From Octopus sinensis (Eukaryota): 64,000 nucleotides of DNA. Location: positions 28,396,001-28,460,000 of the forward strand of contig NC_042997.1 in the NCBI RefSeq assembly GCF_006345805.1, given 5' to 3'. A model generated the notes under the pieces. That model was not told the DNA's origin. It did no database searches and worked only from the letters and a program-made list of their open reading frames with translations. Positions 41,593 through 52,906 of the stretch are shown here, piece after piece (within the stretch, counting starts at the first letter, position 1; every line of letters begins with the position of its first letter). Both the position numbers and the translations under genes were made by a program.

Positions 41593-41659
41593 TTGAAATA
41601 TTTATCTTAGCGTGTGTGCGTATCCGAATGGGCTATATACGTTTTATATATATACACAA

Positions 41660-43400
41660 TATAGTTTGAGACTATGGATCTTCTCAACGCAGACTGGGAT
41701 GCAACAAATCATGATCTTTCACAAGTTGATTGGGCCTCACGCACGCACACATTCCTGCCAACATAAATACATCATGGCAGACCTTTGTAGATATGTAAAA
41801 GATATATGCGCAAAACATACTCCATTAAGATCAGTATACAAATCTAAGTTCAGAATCCTTAGAAATAGAAGAAAAATTATCAGAAACATTTAAAGAATTA
41901 ACAAGAAAATCAACCAACTTCAATACTGCCAATAGCAAGAGCCCTATTCGACTGTCATTGCATCACTCGAATCAAAAACACACAACCTCCAACAAAATCC
42001 TGATGACCATCATTAACAAAGAGCAGCTGAGGAGAATTGGGCCTTTGAGAAAATAAAACGTAATCCGAAAGTGTTCTTTTCATTTTCAAAAAACATAAAC
42101 TCACTGTTTCCACGGTTGGTCCTTGGTTCATGAGAACACCACTCTAAACGATGATGCAAAATTCATGTACGAATTACTGCAGAGACAATACTGCTCTGAT
42201 TTCAGTAACACTAATGCGGTTGATCGGGGTAGTGTCAATGATGTAAACCCTCAACTAACCATATGTGACATAAAATTTGTCTCTCCTGATATCCTAACAG
42301 CAATAAATAAGATAAAGCACAATTCGACAGTAGGTTCCGATAAGTTCCCGGCCACTGTCCTGATGATGTGTCGACATCAAATTGCACCCACTCCAGTTGA
42401 GCTATGGAGAAACTTACTTGATGTAGGCTTCATTTCTGATCACTTTCTTTCCGAGTCAGTCGTTCTATTCAAAAACCGAAACAAAGCTCTTGCAGTTAAT
42501 TACCGTCCGATTTCACTTACCTCTCATATAATTAAAGTATTTGAGAGGGTGGTGAGATCGCGAATAACTCACTTTCTCGAAGACAACAATTTGGTGAACC
42601 CAGACCGGCAAGGTTTCCGTGATGGCAGGGATAGCCTCTCGCAGTTTCTACACCATTTTGATGACATCGTAAAAGCACTGAAAGGAGGCTCCAACACTAA
42701 CATCATATACCTTGATTTCAGCCAGGTATTTGACAGAGTGAACCATAAAATCCTGCTGAAGAAACTGTCCAACACTGGAGTCCCTGCAAAGCTGCTGCAG
42801 AGGCTAAAGTGTTTCCTTACGAATAGAAACCAGCATGTTGTGTCTGAGGGAATACGTTCCAGCTCAGCCAATGTCTGTAGTGGTGTCCCACAAGGTACTG
42901 TGTTGGGCCCACTACTCTTCATCAACGACATAGGTGAAGTCATCAGACGTTCTATATTGAAAATCTTTGCAGATGATTCCAAACTCCAGAAAGCCATAAA
43001 TGGTATGGGAGATCGAACATGTCTTCAGTCGGATCTGTTTGCTGTTGTAGAAGAGGCGACAAATCCTAATCAAAACAATATGCTTCTAAATGAAAATAAG
43101 TTATATTTTATTCACTTTCGAAAAGAAAACACTCCTGAAATTACCATATGCTCTACTCTCGGTGACTCCCTAGTATCATCAAGCAACACTGGAGACCTTG
43201 TAGTAATTGTTTATAACAATCTAAACTGGAGTTCCCGAGTGAACAGCAAGGTTGACCTGGCCCACAAGAGGTGCTCCTGGATTCTGAGAACTTACCAGTC
43301 CAGAGATGCCCACACCGTCATCCTTCTCTACTCTACTTTTGCCTCACCCCACCTTGAATACTGTTGCCCATTGTGGTCTCCCCCTACGAAGCAAATCTAG
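41660..43400 (+). mobile_element. CR1-type LINE fragment with a 425-aa open RT frame (42123-43400)
   Basis: NYRPISLTSHIIKVFERVV, YLDFSQVFDRVNH, SGVPQGTVLGPLLF, FADDSKL, PHLEYCCPLWSP; upstream tether motif LNADWDATNHDLSQVDW. Confidence 0.95.
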
Positions 43401-43450
43401 CAAAAACTGTCTGATGAACGGCAACGAGAAACTCAGAGTAACAGATTTTG
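43401..43450 (+). ncRNA. Type I hammerhead-ribozyme-like motif, family 1 (most complete copy)
   Basis: CAAAAACTGT CTGATGA ACGGCAACGA GAA ACTCAGAGT A ACAGATTTTG; 10-bp stem I with one mismatch, GCAA (GNRA) loop on a 2-bp stem II, GUA cleavage triplet ending at 43440. Confidence 0.72.
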
Positions 43451-43476
43451 TTGAATTTTCTGCTGCTTAAAATAAA

Positions 43477-43511
<35 letters not shown>

Positions 43512-43540
43512 CATACATACACACACACACACCACACACA

Positions 43541-43613
<73 letters not shown>

Positions 43614-43899
43614 TATATATATGTAGATATACATATTCATATACATACATACATATACTTAGATACAAATGAGGAACCAATTTCCGTTGCATATCGTAAA
43701 TCTAGGAATCAATTTAAAAGTACTGGAAAGAACTCACTTTATATAGATTTTGAAAATGGTTTCCTGTTGCATCCATAAACACCTGTGCACGTCTAATCAT
43801 GTTTAAATACACTCGGCGGTAAAACAATGACATCGGTGGCGGCGACCGAATGTTTTATATTGTTCCTTAGTTCCTGCATTATGTGCAGATTTTGTTTTG

Positions 43900-44927
43900 T
43901 ACACCGTGCTCATGAAGTGTACCCGGTGCTAATAATCATATGTTGAAATGACTCGAGAACGTAGTGGACTTTCTGAGAGAGGATTCCATGGACTCGCTAC
44001 AGAGACCTCATATAGATGTGGCAAATGAAGACTTCCAGTTGGAAGAACTGTTGTCCTTCACTTTCAAAGAAATGGACAAAAAATTGGTCCAACATGCTCA
44101 TGTAGACCTCCGTGGTCCAATGATGCGTGCCCCGGAATGAGCACGCCGAACACCACACCTTTTGTTTTAGGTGTCGCTGCTCGTAGAGAGGATGAGGATT
44201 CTTCGCCACCCAGTACCATTTCATTTGTGAATTTATGTGACCGGAGAGATGAAACCATGCCCTATCACTCAATGTACACTGGAAAGGGTGTTTGTCACCA
44301 TTGGTAATGCTATTCAGAAGCAATGTGCAGCAGTTTCCTCGCTTGCTCTTGTCATCCACTTTTAATTGCTGTACAAATATAAAAAGACATAGCTTCTTTT
44401 TGAGACATTTCAACATCCGTTGACGGGATCTCCTGCTTATGTGAGACTGCTGCTATTTACATGTTAGCTTCTTTGGACTTCGAGTAATCATTTGACGAAT
44501 GCTCTGAGTAACTTCTGGCATTCGAACCACAGGGTCTGTTTGTTTTCGCAGGTTGTGCACTGATACTGTAGCGTATTCCGTGGTAAGCAATATTTGTATT
44601 GTTTTCCGTGCCGGAAATATTTAACCCTGAAAATTTACTTCAAACATTTCACGCATTTACCTAACTCGAGCTTCTACAATCTCCACTCTTTTCGTTGCTG
44701 AATATGTCATCGCGCTGGAAAGGTTCAAGCAATCTTACAATCAACTAATGCGGCGAGAATGCAATGGGGATAAGGTAGCAAACAATCGACAAGTGAGCCA
44801 CGCTTGTGCAAGCAAAGAAAACACAAAGGCACATGGCAACCAGACTGGTTGCTTTTTCGTATGTATAAATTTATTTCTGTATTTACACTATGCTACGGAT
44901 ACCGGGCTACTTTTTTGGTCACCACTA
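43900..44927 (-). mobile_element. IS630/Tc1/mariner-superfamily transposon remnant
   Basis: Minus strand LSDRAWFHLSGHINSQMKWYWVAKNPHPLYEQ...QKVWCSA; putative decayed TIRs near 43900-43928 and 44900-44927. Confidence 0.7.
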
Positions 44928-47670
44928 TTTATGTGTGTGTGAGAGAGAAATAAATGGAGGGAGAGAGAGAGAGAGAGAAAACTGTGCAGGTGTGTGTGTG
45001 AGAGTGTGTATTCACATAGAATGTGCATACGTTGCGCTTATACGTTGCACTTCTACACGCATGGCCAACGCCACATTCTACTCTGGGCTTGTCAAAAACG
45101 CCGTTAATTTTAAACACAAGTAAGGCCCGCGTGTGACGCGGTTAGAAATGTAAAAATAAGGAACTTCAAAAAATTTCGATAAAAAAATAATGGACAATAA
45201 TTTAATTAATAAAAATATTGTTACTGATGAGCAAACAAAAGGTTTTTAATGAATTTTATTTAATAAGAAAGAATTAATATAACGGAAACCTCTTTTGTGA
45301 ACGTGTTTAAAAAAAATTGCAACCCCTATGGTAATGAGCAATGTGTCTCACGGGGACACTGCATTTTTAGACTAATTGTAAAAAATCATTTGTAATGCAG
45401 TAGTTTCCGATTAATCGAGAATCAATCTACTTGGAACAATCCTAGCCAGATTCTGTTTTATGACCTATTACAACGCCTTGAGTTTAACAGTATTTATTGT
45501 CTAGTATGCTGTCCTCATGCAACGGATCTCAGTTATTATCTCCTAGCATTAACAACACAGATTAGCGTTGGTCAATGATGTTCGTGACTGGATATTATAA
45601 CTTAAGCAATTCAGCGGAAAATCATGGACGATTATCTTACGATTTACTGCTAATTGTTTGTTTGAAGCTTTAGCTATAGATTCTAATAGCATATTTTAAT
45701 ATCGTCACTCTAGAAATGGTGGGGATTTTCTCATACTCTGTATTTATTATCACGTTATAAATCATGGTATAAATATATCATGCAATATCTCTAATATGGC
45801 ATATGGACAAATACTTTACAGGGATGTAATTCAAATGCGATTCATAAATCGATGCATGTATTCATAACATAATTGCAATATGCATTGCTTAGGAGTGTTA
45901 GAGAACATGAAACTCATTGTACAGCTTTAAAGATATCCTTGAAAATCTTTGCTGACTTCAAATATTTGGAACATTAATTCTCTTGGAATATTCATGGTGG
46001 TGCAAATTATATAATTAAGAAATCTTGATTTGAAATGCCTCGAACATAACTTCTGACGTTATTCATTCTCATATACAGGGACCAAAAGTCATTCAGCATT
46101 AAATGTCAGATGGTTCATAAGCTGATGCCATCACAATAGGTTCTTATATTACAATATACAGCCAGACCTTGCGACGTATCGTTCGCCCGGAATAAATAAA
46201 GACTCAAAATTTCATGCAACGTGATGAAAAGAAAACAGTTTTGAGTCAGATTTAAATCAAATACGGTACCAAGTTGTCTGTGCCGTAATCCTTGACCTAC
46301 TACAATTATTAAACTCTTTCTGATGCACGCAAAGAGAATGTTACCAAGTCTCAAAAATAGTGAACACAAGTATGTATATTAAGATCAGTATATAATTGTC
46401 TCAATACATTTATAAAAGAGTGGGCATGATTCTAGTTGAGAATTTCGCTTCCAATATATTTGATTTCAATTTTGATTCGTTAGTGTCATCTTCCGTGAGA
46501 ACTGCTACACAAATACGTTCTGGTTCAAATGTAATACAGGCTAGCAGGTCGTGGAACTAGAGGATAAAATTGCACCTTAACACAAATCACAAACGTTGAA
46601 CTACAAAATTGATTGCATATATATTCATTCTTACACGCACACGCATAGACAACACACATATACACACATATTTACTTTTATACGCATGATAAATGTGACT
46701 GCTTTTACCATCATTGAATTTATTGCAATCTTGATTCGTAATGTTTAACAGTTTGTCATCTGTTAAGGTAAAACTTTCACCAGAGGGAATATTGGCATTA
46801 ATCTTCAAATGCTTTTACAAATGCCTTTAGTATACAACAAGATGGTAAAATTCATGGAGTAATATCATCTAAAGAAACAATGATGAGAAGATACTGAGAG
46901 AGAAAGGGAAGGAGAAAGGGGTGGTGTGTAAGAGAGAGAGAGAGTACGAGAGAGAGAGATGGGCGAGTAAGAGGGAAAGAGATAAGGGCAGACAGAAAAA
47001 AGAGAGAGAGTCGTTTTGAGAATATTAGAGACAGATATTAATAGAGAAGGTAAGAGCATCTGAACACAGATCCCAAACGTAGTACAGAATAGCAAACAGA
47101 ACTCAAAATCTAGCAGAAAATACAAAGCAAAGAATTTAAATTATTAAAAATTGGCCGCAATATTTGCCGTTGATAATCAAGAATGAGAAATCAAAGAGCA
47201 GATGATAGAAGACAAGTAGCTCCAACAAGAATAAAAATAGTAATGCAGGAAACAGCAATTTTCAGCAATCAAATATAGAGTAATAAGTGAGCTATTGGCA
47301 CAAAGCATTTTCTTGCAGAAAGATCTAGTGATACCTCATTCTATAAATGTTTCCATAACTTTGATGTTCATAATCCTGAACAGTAATACATCAGCAAATA
47401 ATTGAAACGTATTACATAATATAGTCAAGTCAACGTAATTATTTCCATATTTAAAATATTAGATGTTAAAATTCACTTTTACATTTGCTGGAATGTAGAC
47501 TGAAATAATTGTAAAATATATTTACTTTGCTGACCATAGTCATGCTTGTCATATCAGTCAGTAAATTACAGCAAAACTAGGCGATGAAAAACAAAGTGAT
47601 AAAATGTATGGTTTTTATTCCACAATAGCTTAATTAGACATCATGTCTACAAAGGATGTGCCACTTATAT

Positions 47671-47728
<58 letters not shown>

Positions 47729-47732
<4 letters not shown>

Positions 47733-47848
47733 CCTTGTGATATTTTTGTTAATGTCTCATTTATATCTATATATTGACCAACCATAAAGGACTAATATTG
47801 GTAAAATGAGACATAATTATCGACATGGCCGAAACAACTGTAAGATCT
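47729..47848 (+). ncRNA. 5'-truncated hammerhead-like motif with long stem II, family 3
   Basis: (TA)n-AA GGCCTTGTGATA...TATCGACATGGCC GAA ACAACTGT A AGATCT; inner stem ATGTCTCATTT/AAATGAGACAT; near-palindrome ACA(A)CTGT; CTGANG core absent. Confidence 0.45.
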
Positions 47849-48114
47849 AATGTATATCTATATTTATATTTACTTGTATTTATATTCTTTTTTATATATA
47901 TTCTAATTATTATACAACATTACTCTTTTGTGTACACTTTTTTATGTACATTCCTTTATGTACACTGATTTGTTCTGCATTTTATATTTAACCCTACATT
48001 CTCTTATGTGGTGGTTTAAAAAGTATGTGATTGAGTATTATCTGGTAATTGATATTTGATTTAGATGTATTTCTCCATTTTCTTATCTTCTATAAATATA
48101 TATATATATATATA

Positions 48115-48506
48115 CTAGCAGTATCGCCCGGCGTTGCTCGGGTTTGTAAGGGAAATAATTATATAAGCATTTTTAGAGATGTAAAGTATAATAGCCATCT
48201 CAATATGGCTAACCACAAAGGGGGAGGGGTGTTACTGTAGCTTTTTACGTTCTGAGATTTAATAATAAATTTTATAGAGAGTTACTTCCTTATATATGTC
48301 AAAAATGGATTAAAAATGGGAAAAATTGATGCTAAATTTTTTTAAAATCGTAGACTCATCGTAGACGCGCGCTAATACCCAGACGGTCTCGATATGAATC
48401 ACGACTATAAGATACCCGTTTTGGTTAAACTGCACCGCAAAATGTGGAGTAGTTAGGAATCTAATCGTAGGAGACAGACACACAACCTCACTTTTATATA
48501 TAAAGA
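48115..48506 (-). mobile_element. Non-autonomous Helitron-like element
   Basis: Minus strand A|TCTTTATATATAAAAG 5' end; 3' hairpin CCCG-AGCAACGC-CGGG then CTAG|T; inserted between A and T. Confidence 0.85.
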
Positions 48507-48569
48507 TTTCCTCTATTTACATAATATTGAGGTCTCTTTCTTTCTTTTGTTATCTTACTGTTTTTACCA

Positions 48570-48608
<39 letters not shown>

Positions 48609-48680
48609 TATATATAGTTACAGAGATCTACTTGCATAGCAAGTGACTTGATCTGAGATCGTGTGCTGGAACGAAAACAG

Positions 48681-48939
48681 TTGCAGCGTTGAATGTGTTT
48701 ATAAGCCATTTAAGAAACACACAAAAACCGTTAGATTCACTTCAACATTTAAATTTAATTTGTGAAAATATTTTCGTCGCTTTGAGACCGCGACCTGTTA
48801 GCACGATATTTTTGTCAGTGAACAGGTCGCGGTCTGAAAGCGACGAAAATATTTTGGCAAATTAAATTTAAATGTTGAAGTGAATGTAACGGTTTTTGTG
48901 TGTTTCTTAAATGGCTTACAAACACCTTCCACGCTGCAA
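48681..48939. repeat. Foldback element, 119-bp arms with 21-nt loop
   Basis: Arms 48681-48799 and 48821-48939 differ at about 7 positions. Confidence 0.92.
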
Positions 48940-49022
48940 TATATATATATACACACATATATATATATGTATGTATGTATGTATGTGTGTATATATGTAT
49001 GCATGTATGTGTGTGTGTGTGC

Positions 49023-49238
49023 GTGTCTGTGCTTGTGATTGTCCTCCACCACTGCTTGACAACGAATGTTGGTTTGTTTACATCCCTGTCACCTAGTGGT
49101 TTGACAAAGGAAACATAGAATAAGTACAATGCTTACAAAAATAAAACTGGAGTTGATTCATTAAACTACAATTCTTCAAGGCATTGCCCCAGCATGGCCA
49201 CAGACCAATGGCTGGAAAAAGCAGAAATAAAAGAATAC
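49023..49238 (+). mobile_element. SINE family C, diverged 3' half
   Basis: GCTTGACAAC...ATAGAATAAGTAC...CCAGCATGGCCACAG matches 41000-41170. Confidence 0.75.
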
Positions 49239-49294
49239 ATTCTCTGTTTTGGTCATATGTTGAAGGCATGAGAAAGCTTGAGTTTACATGAGAA

Positions 49295-49785
49295 GGCCTA
49301 ACAGACCTGGTAGAAACAGCAGCCAAATCTCCCTCAAATCACACCTTACTGTCTTATGTATGTATATATATATGAGCCAATGAGGGGGACCTCTACATGG
49401 TAGCTAGACCTGGTAGAAATAGCAGCCAAATTTCCCCCAAATCACACCTTACTGTCTTATCTATGTATATATGTATGTATGAGCCTATGAGGGAGACCCC
49501 TACATGGCAGCTAGACCTGGTAGAAATAGCAGCCAAATTTCCCCCAAATCACACCTTACTGTCTTATCTATGTATATATGTATGTATGAGCCTATGAGGG
49601 AGACCCCTACATGGCAGCTAGACCTGGTAGAAATAGCAGCCAAATTTCCCCCAAATCACACCTTACTGTCTTATCTATGTATATATGTATGTATGAGCCT
49701 ATAAGGGAGACCCCTACATGGCAGCTGGACATGGTAGAAATAGCAGCCAAGTCTCCCTCAAATCACACCTTACTGTCTTATCTTT
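49295..49785. repeat. Minisatellite, 107-bp unit, about 4.5 units (5 cores)
   Basis: Core GACCTGGTAGAAA...CACACCTTACTGTCTTA at 49304, 49407, 49514, 49621 and 49728. Confidence 0.97.
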
Positions 49786-50295
49786 CTGCTACTTGGATAT
49801 AGGTGTTATATTCGTCGTAAAAAAAACTTTCCTGTCACACACTCACGCACACGCACACACACACACACACACGTACCCTCACACACACACACACACACGC
49901 ACACCCACACACACCCACTCACACACACGCACGTTAGCTTACAATTTTATTTATATATTTGCGTGTCTGTGTGGAAAGAGGAAGTGGGAGGCAGAGTGAA
50001 AGAATCACTCACCACAGTAAGTCAATTACTTTCATTTTATTCGTTGCCCACTGTGTGTGTGCGTTTGCGTGTGCTGTAAACCAGACTAAGAAAAGCATTT
50101 GACACACACACCAGAATGTGAGTTTTCTGTAAATTTTGCTTAACTGGAGTTTAAATTTTAAAAACTGGACCTGGCATGACGCGATGCATTGTACTCTTAA
50201 AAATGCAAGGTAAATTGTAATTGAAGAAATCCTATATTGTAGATTTGTATAACTCCCAAAGGGAGGCAGATAAAATCTGCCTTTTATAATAAGAG

Positions 50296-50341
<46 letters not shown>

Positions 50342-51150
50342 GTGTACGTGTTTGAGCGTGTGTGTTGATGCAGTACATTTATGTAAATAAATCCCCTCAC
50401 GAAACAAGGTTTTCGAAACCTTTTTTGTCTGTACAAATATATACCTCTCCCCTTAACCTAAAGGTGATCAGTTATCTCCCTTGCCCACAACAATAACAAT
50501 AATAACGATAACCAATTACCGCCTCTTATTTTTTCACTTGTGAAGTCATTCCTCGTACATATCCTCACACATATGGACAAAATTTCTTCTTAAGAAAATA
50601 CATATTCAAATAAGTAAACCATAATATCATGAAAAGCAAAAGCGAAACCGGTTGATATATTAAAAAGTATATGAAAACTATGTAAGGTGTGTGTATTTTC
50701 CTTTTTTTAAATTTCTTATATATATTATAACTCACCACGTGAGATTAATCGACATTCGTTCCTTTCCTGTTACTACGATATATAACCTGTGCCCCACGCA
50801 GAACATAATCACGATTCAAGTGTGATAATTCACGATAAGCAACTAAAATAGGCCTAGGCCAGAACTTTGAAATATCTGGGAAGAAACATCTTGGAAGTAG
50901 ACTAACCTTCAAGAGTACTCTTGATGACGAAATCAACGTTAGAATATGTTCATTCCACCGTTTAAGCAATCAGTAAAACATACATTTTGCAATTTGAAAA
51001 CGGTCTTTTGAAGCTTGAAACTCAAACAACTGTAACTCATTGTAAGCATTATTTTTAACATAAAAATTATCTCCACAAAATCCATCTCTTCTCAGGTTTT
51101 TGAAATATGATACTGTACCAAGAACTTTTATTTTATTATTCTATTGTATA

Positions 51151-52426
51151 TTGTGTCAACCTATAAATAATGCAGTTTTCTTGATTGCGTGAAATAAAAG
51201 TGAGTGTGGGCGGAATATACTACCTCCATCTACATGTTGTAAAAGCAACTATTAATTTTACATTGGGCTTTACATAGTGCAAGTTTTGAAGTGTGCAGCT
51301 TGATTTCAATAGTTATTTTTCCGAAGCTATAATGGAAGTGACAAAGGAGCATATTCGACATGTTTTGCTTTATATGTTGCTTTAAAGGCAACAACGCAAC
51401 GGAAAGTGTGAGGAATATTAATCCATTATATGAGGATTGGGCAATAAGCGTAAGCCTGTATCAACGGCGGTTCCAGAAATTCCGAGTCCCTTCGAAGACG
51501 AACCTCGACTTGGAAGATCCGTAGAGCTCGACGAGGACGTCTTGCATACCCTGGTGGAACAAACCCCATCGGAACAGTTGGCGAACTAGTAGATAAGGTT
51601 AAATTTGGTCAGTTACTCATTTATCAAAACCTGTATGCCGGAACTGACAGAAAACTGGGTGAATGGGTTCCTCACAAATCTTTCGAGTCTACACGCACGC
51701 AGAGAGTGAATGTGTCTTGTACTTTGCTGTCACGTCTCACGGATGAACCATTTTTGGATCGAATAGTGATTGGTAACGAGAAATGAGTTGTCCATAAAAA
51801 TGTCAAGCCTCGATTATAGTGGGTATGAAAAGAAGAAATACCGACACTTGAGGCTAAAAAAGGTCTTCACAAACGCAAGTTGTTGTTATCTGTTTAGTGG
51901 GATATGAAGGGTTTATTCCACTTTTGATTTTAAATCCAAACCAAACGATATCAAATGAGATCTAATGCGAGCAGTTTCAGCGACTTTAGTCAGCGCTAGG
52001 AGAAAAACAACCATCTTTGGTTTTAAGACGAGACGAAAGGTGTTATTCCATCAGGCTAATGATCAGCCATATACAGCGAGGATGACATTCAAAAGCCTGG
52101 ATCAATTCAATTGGAGACTATGCCCCAGCCACCATATTTGCCGGACGTTGCTCCAATTGATCATCACTTATTCTGAAGTCTACAAAATCAGTTCGGGGGA
52201 GAAATATCAATTCTGTAGATGGGGTCACAACAGTACCGGAGGAGTATTTTTTGTCACAAACAAATGAATTTTGGAAGAGGGGGGCCATGCAAATCTACCA
52301 GATAGATAGAAGTGCATTGTAGAAAATGAAGAAGCGTATATTTTAGATTATAAATTTACTTTGTGCATCTTAAATTTGAAGAATAAAAGAAGTATAAACA
52401 ACCACACTATTAATGGGATGACCCTA
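51151..52426 (+). mobile_element. Near full-length degenerate mariner (DD34D-type) transposon
   Basis: MEVTKEHIRHVLLY, LEDEPRLGR-like, LGEWVPHK, LDRIVIGNEK, PPYLPDVAPIDHHLF; ~1.28 kb between decayed TIRs with TA flanks. Confidence 0.9.
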
Positions 52427-52596
52427 TATATATATATATATATTCCCGTGTTGTTGATCGCTCTCCATTCTTTTCCTCTCATCCATTGTCTAAGAGCATA
52501 GGCCCGTGAAACCAATAACACACCCTTCTGATATTTGCGTCTCTATCTTCTGGTTTTTGTAAATTTGAACCATATATTTATACACAGACACACACG

Positions 52597-52635
<39 letters not shown>

Positions 52636-52906
52636 ACATATATATATATTTATACATGGTTGTAGTAATAGACATCAAAACACCTGTGTAATTACATGGT
52701 GGACTCTTCGAGTAACGTGTCTTGCTGAAGTAGAGAAATGCGTTGGAGCTTCACGTGGTGGTATTCGGAAATTACGTCTGGAAATACTGTACTTTAAACG
52801 CACGTTTTTAAAATCATATATCGTAACCAAAGGTATAAAAGTTGTGAAGAAGCTTGTGTCAGACAGCCCAAAGTTTTGGAGCGAATTCAAAGAAAAACTC
52901 GTTAAC

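Noticed and set aside
49295-49785. CRISPR-like array
   Set aside because: The whole 107-bp unit is repeated with no unique spacers; eukaryotic context and no cas genes
52487-52520. TGTCTAAGAGCATAGGCCCGTGAAACCAATAACA, hammerhead-like
   Set aside because: Needs several indels and substitutions to fit the core
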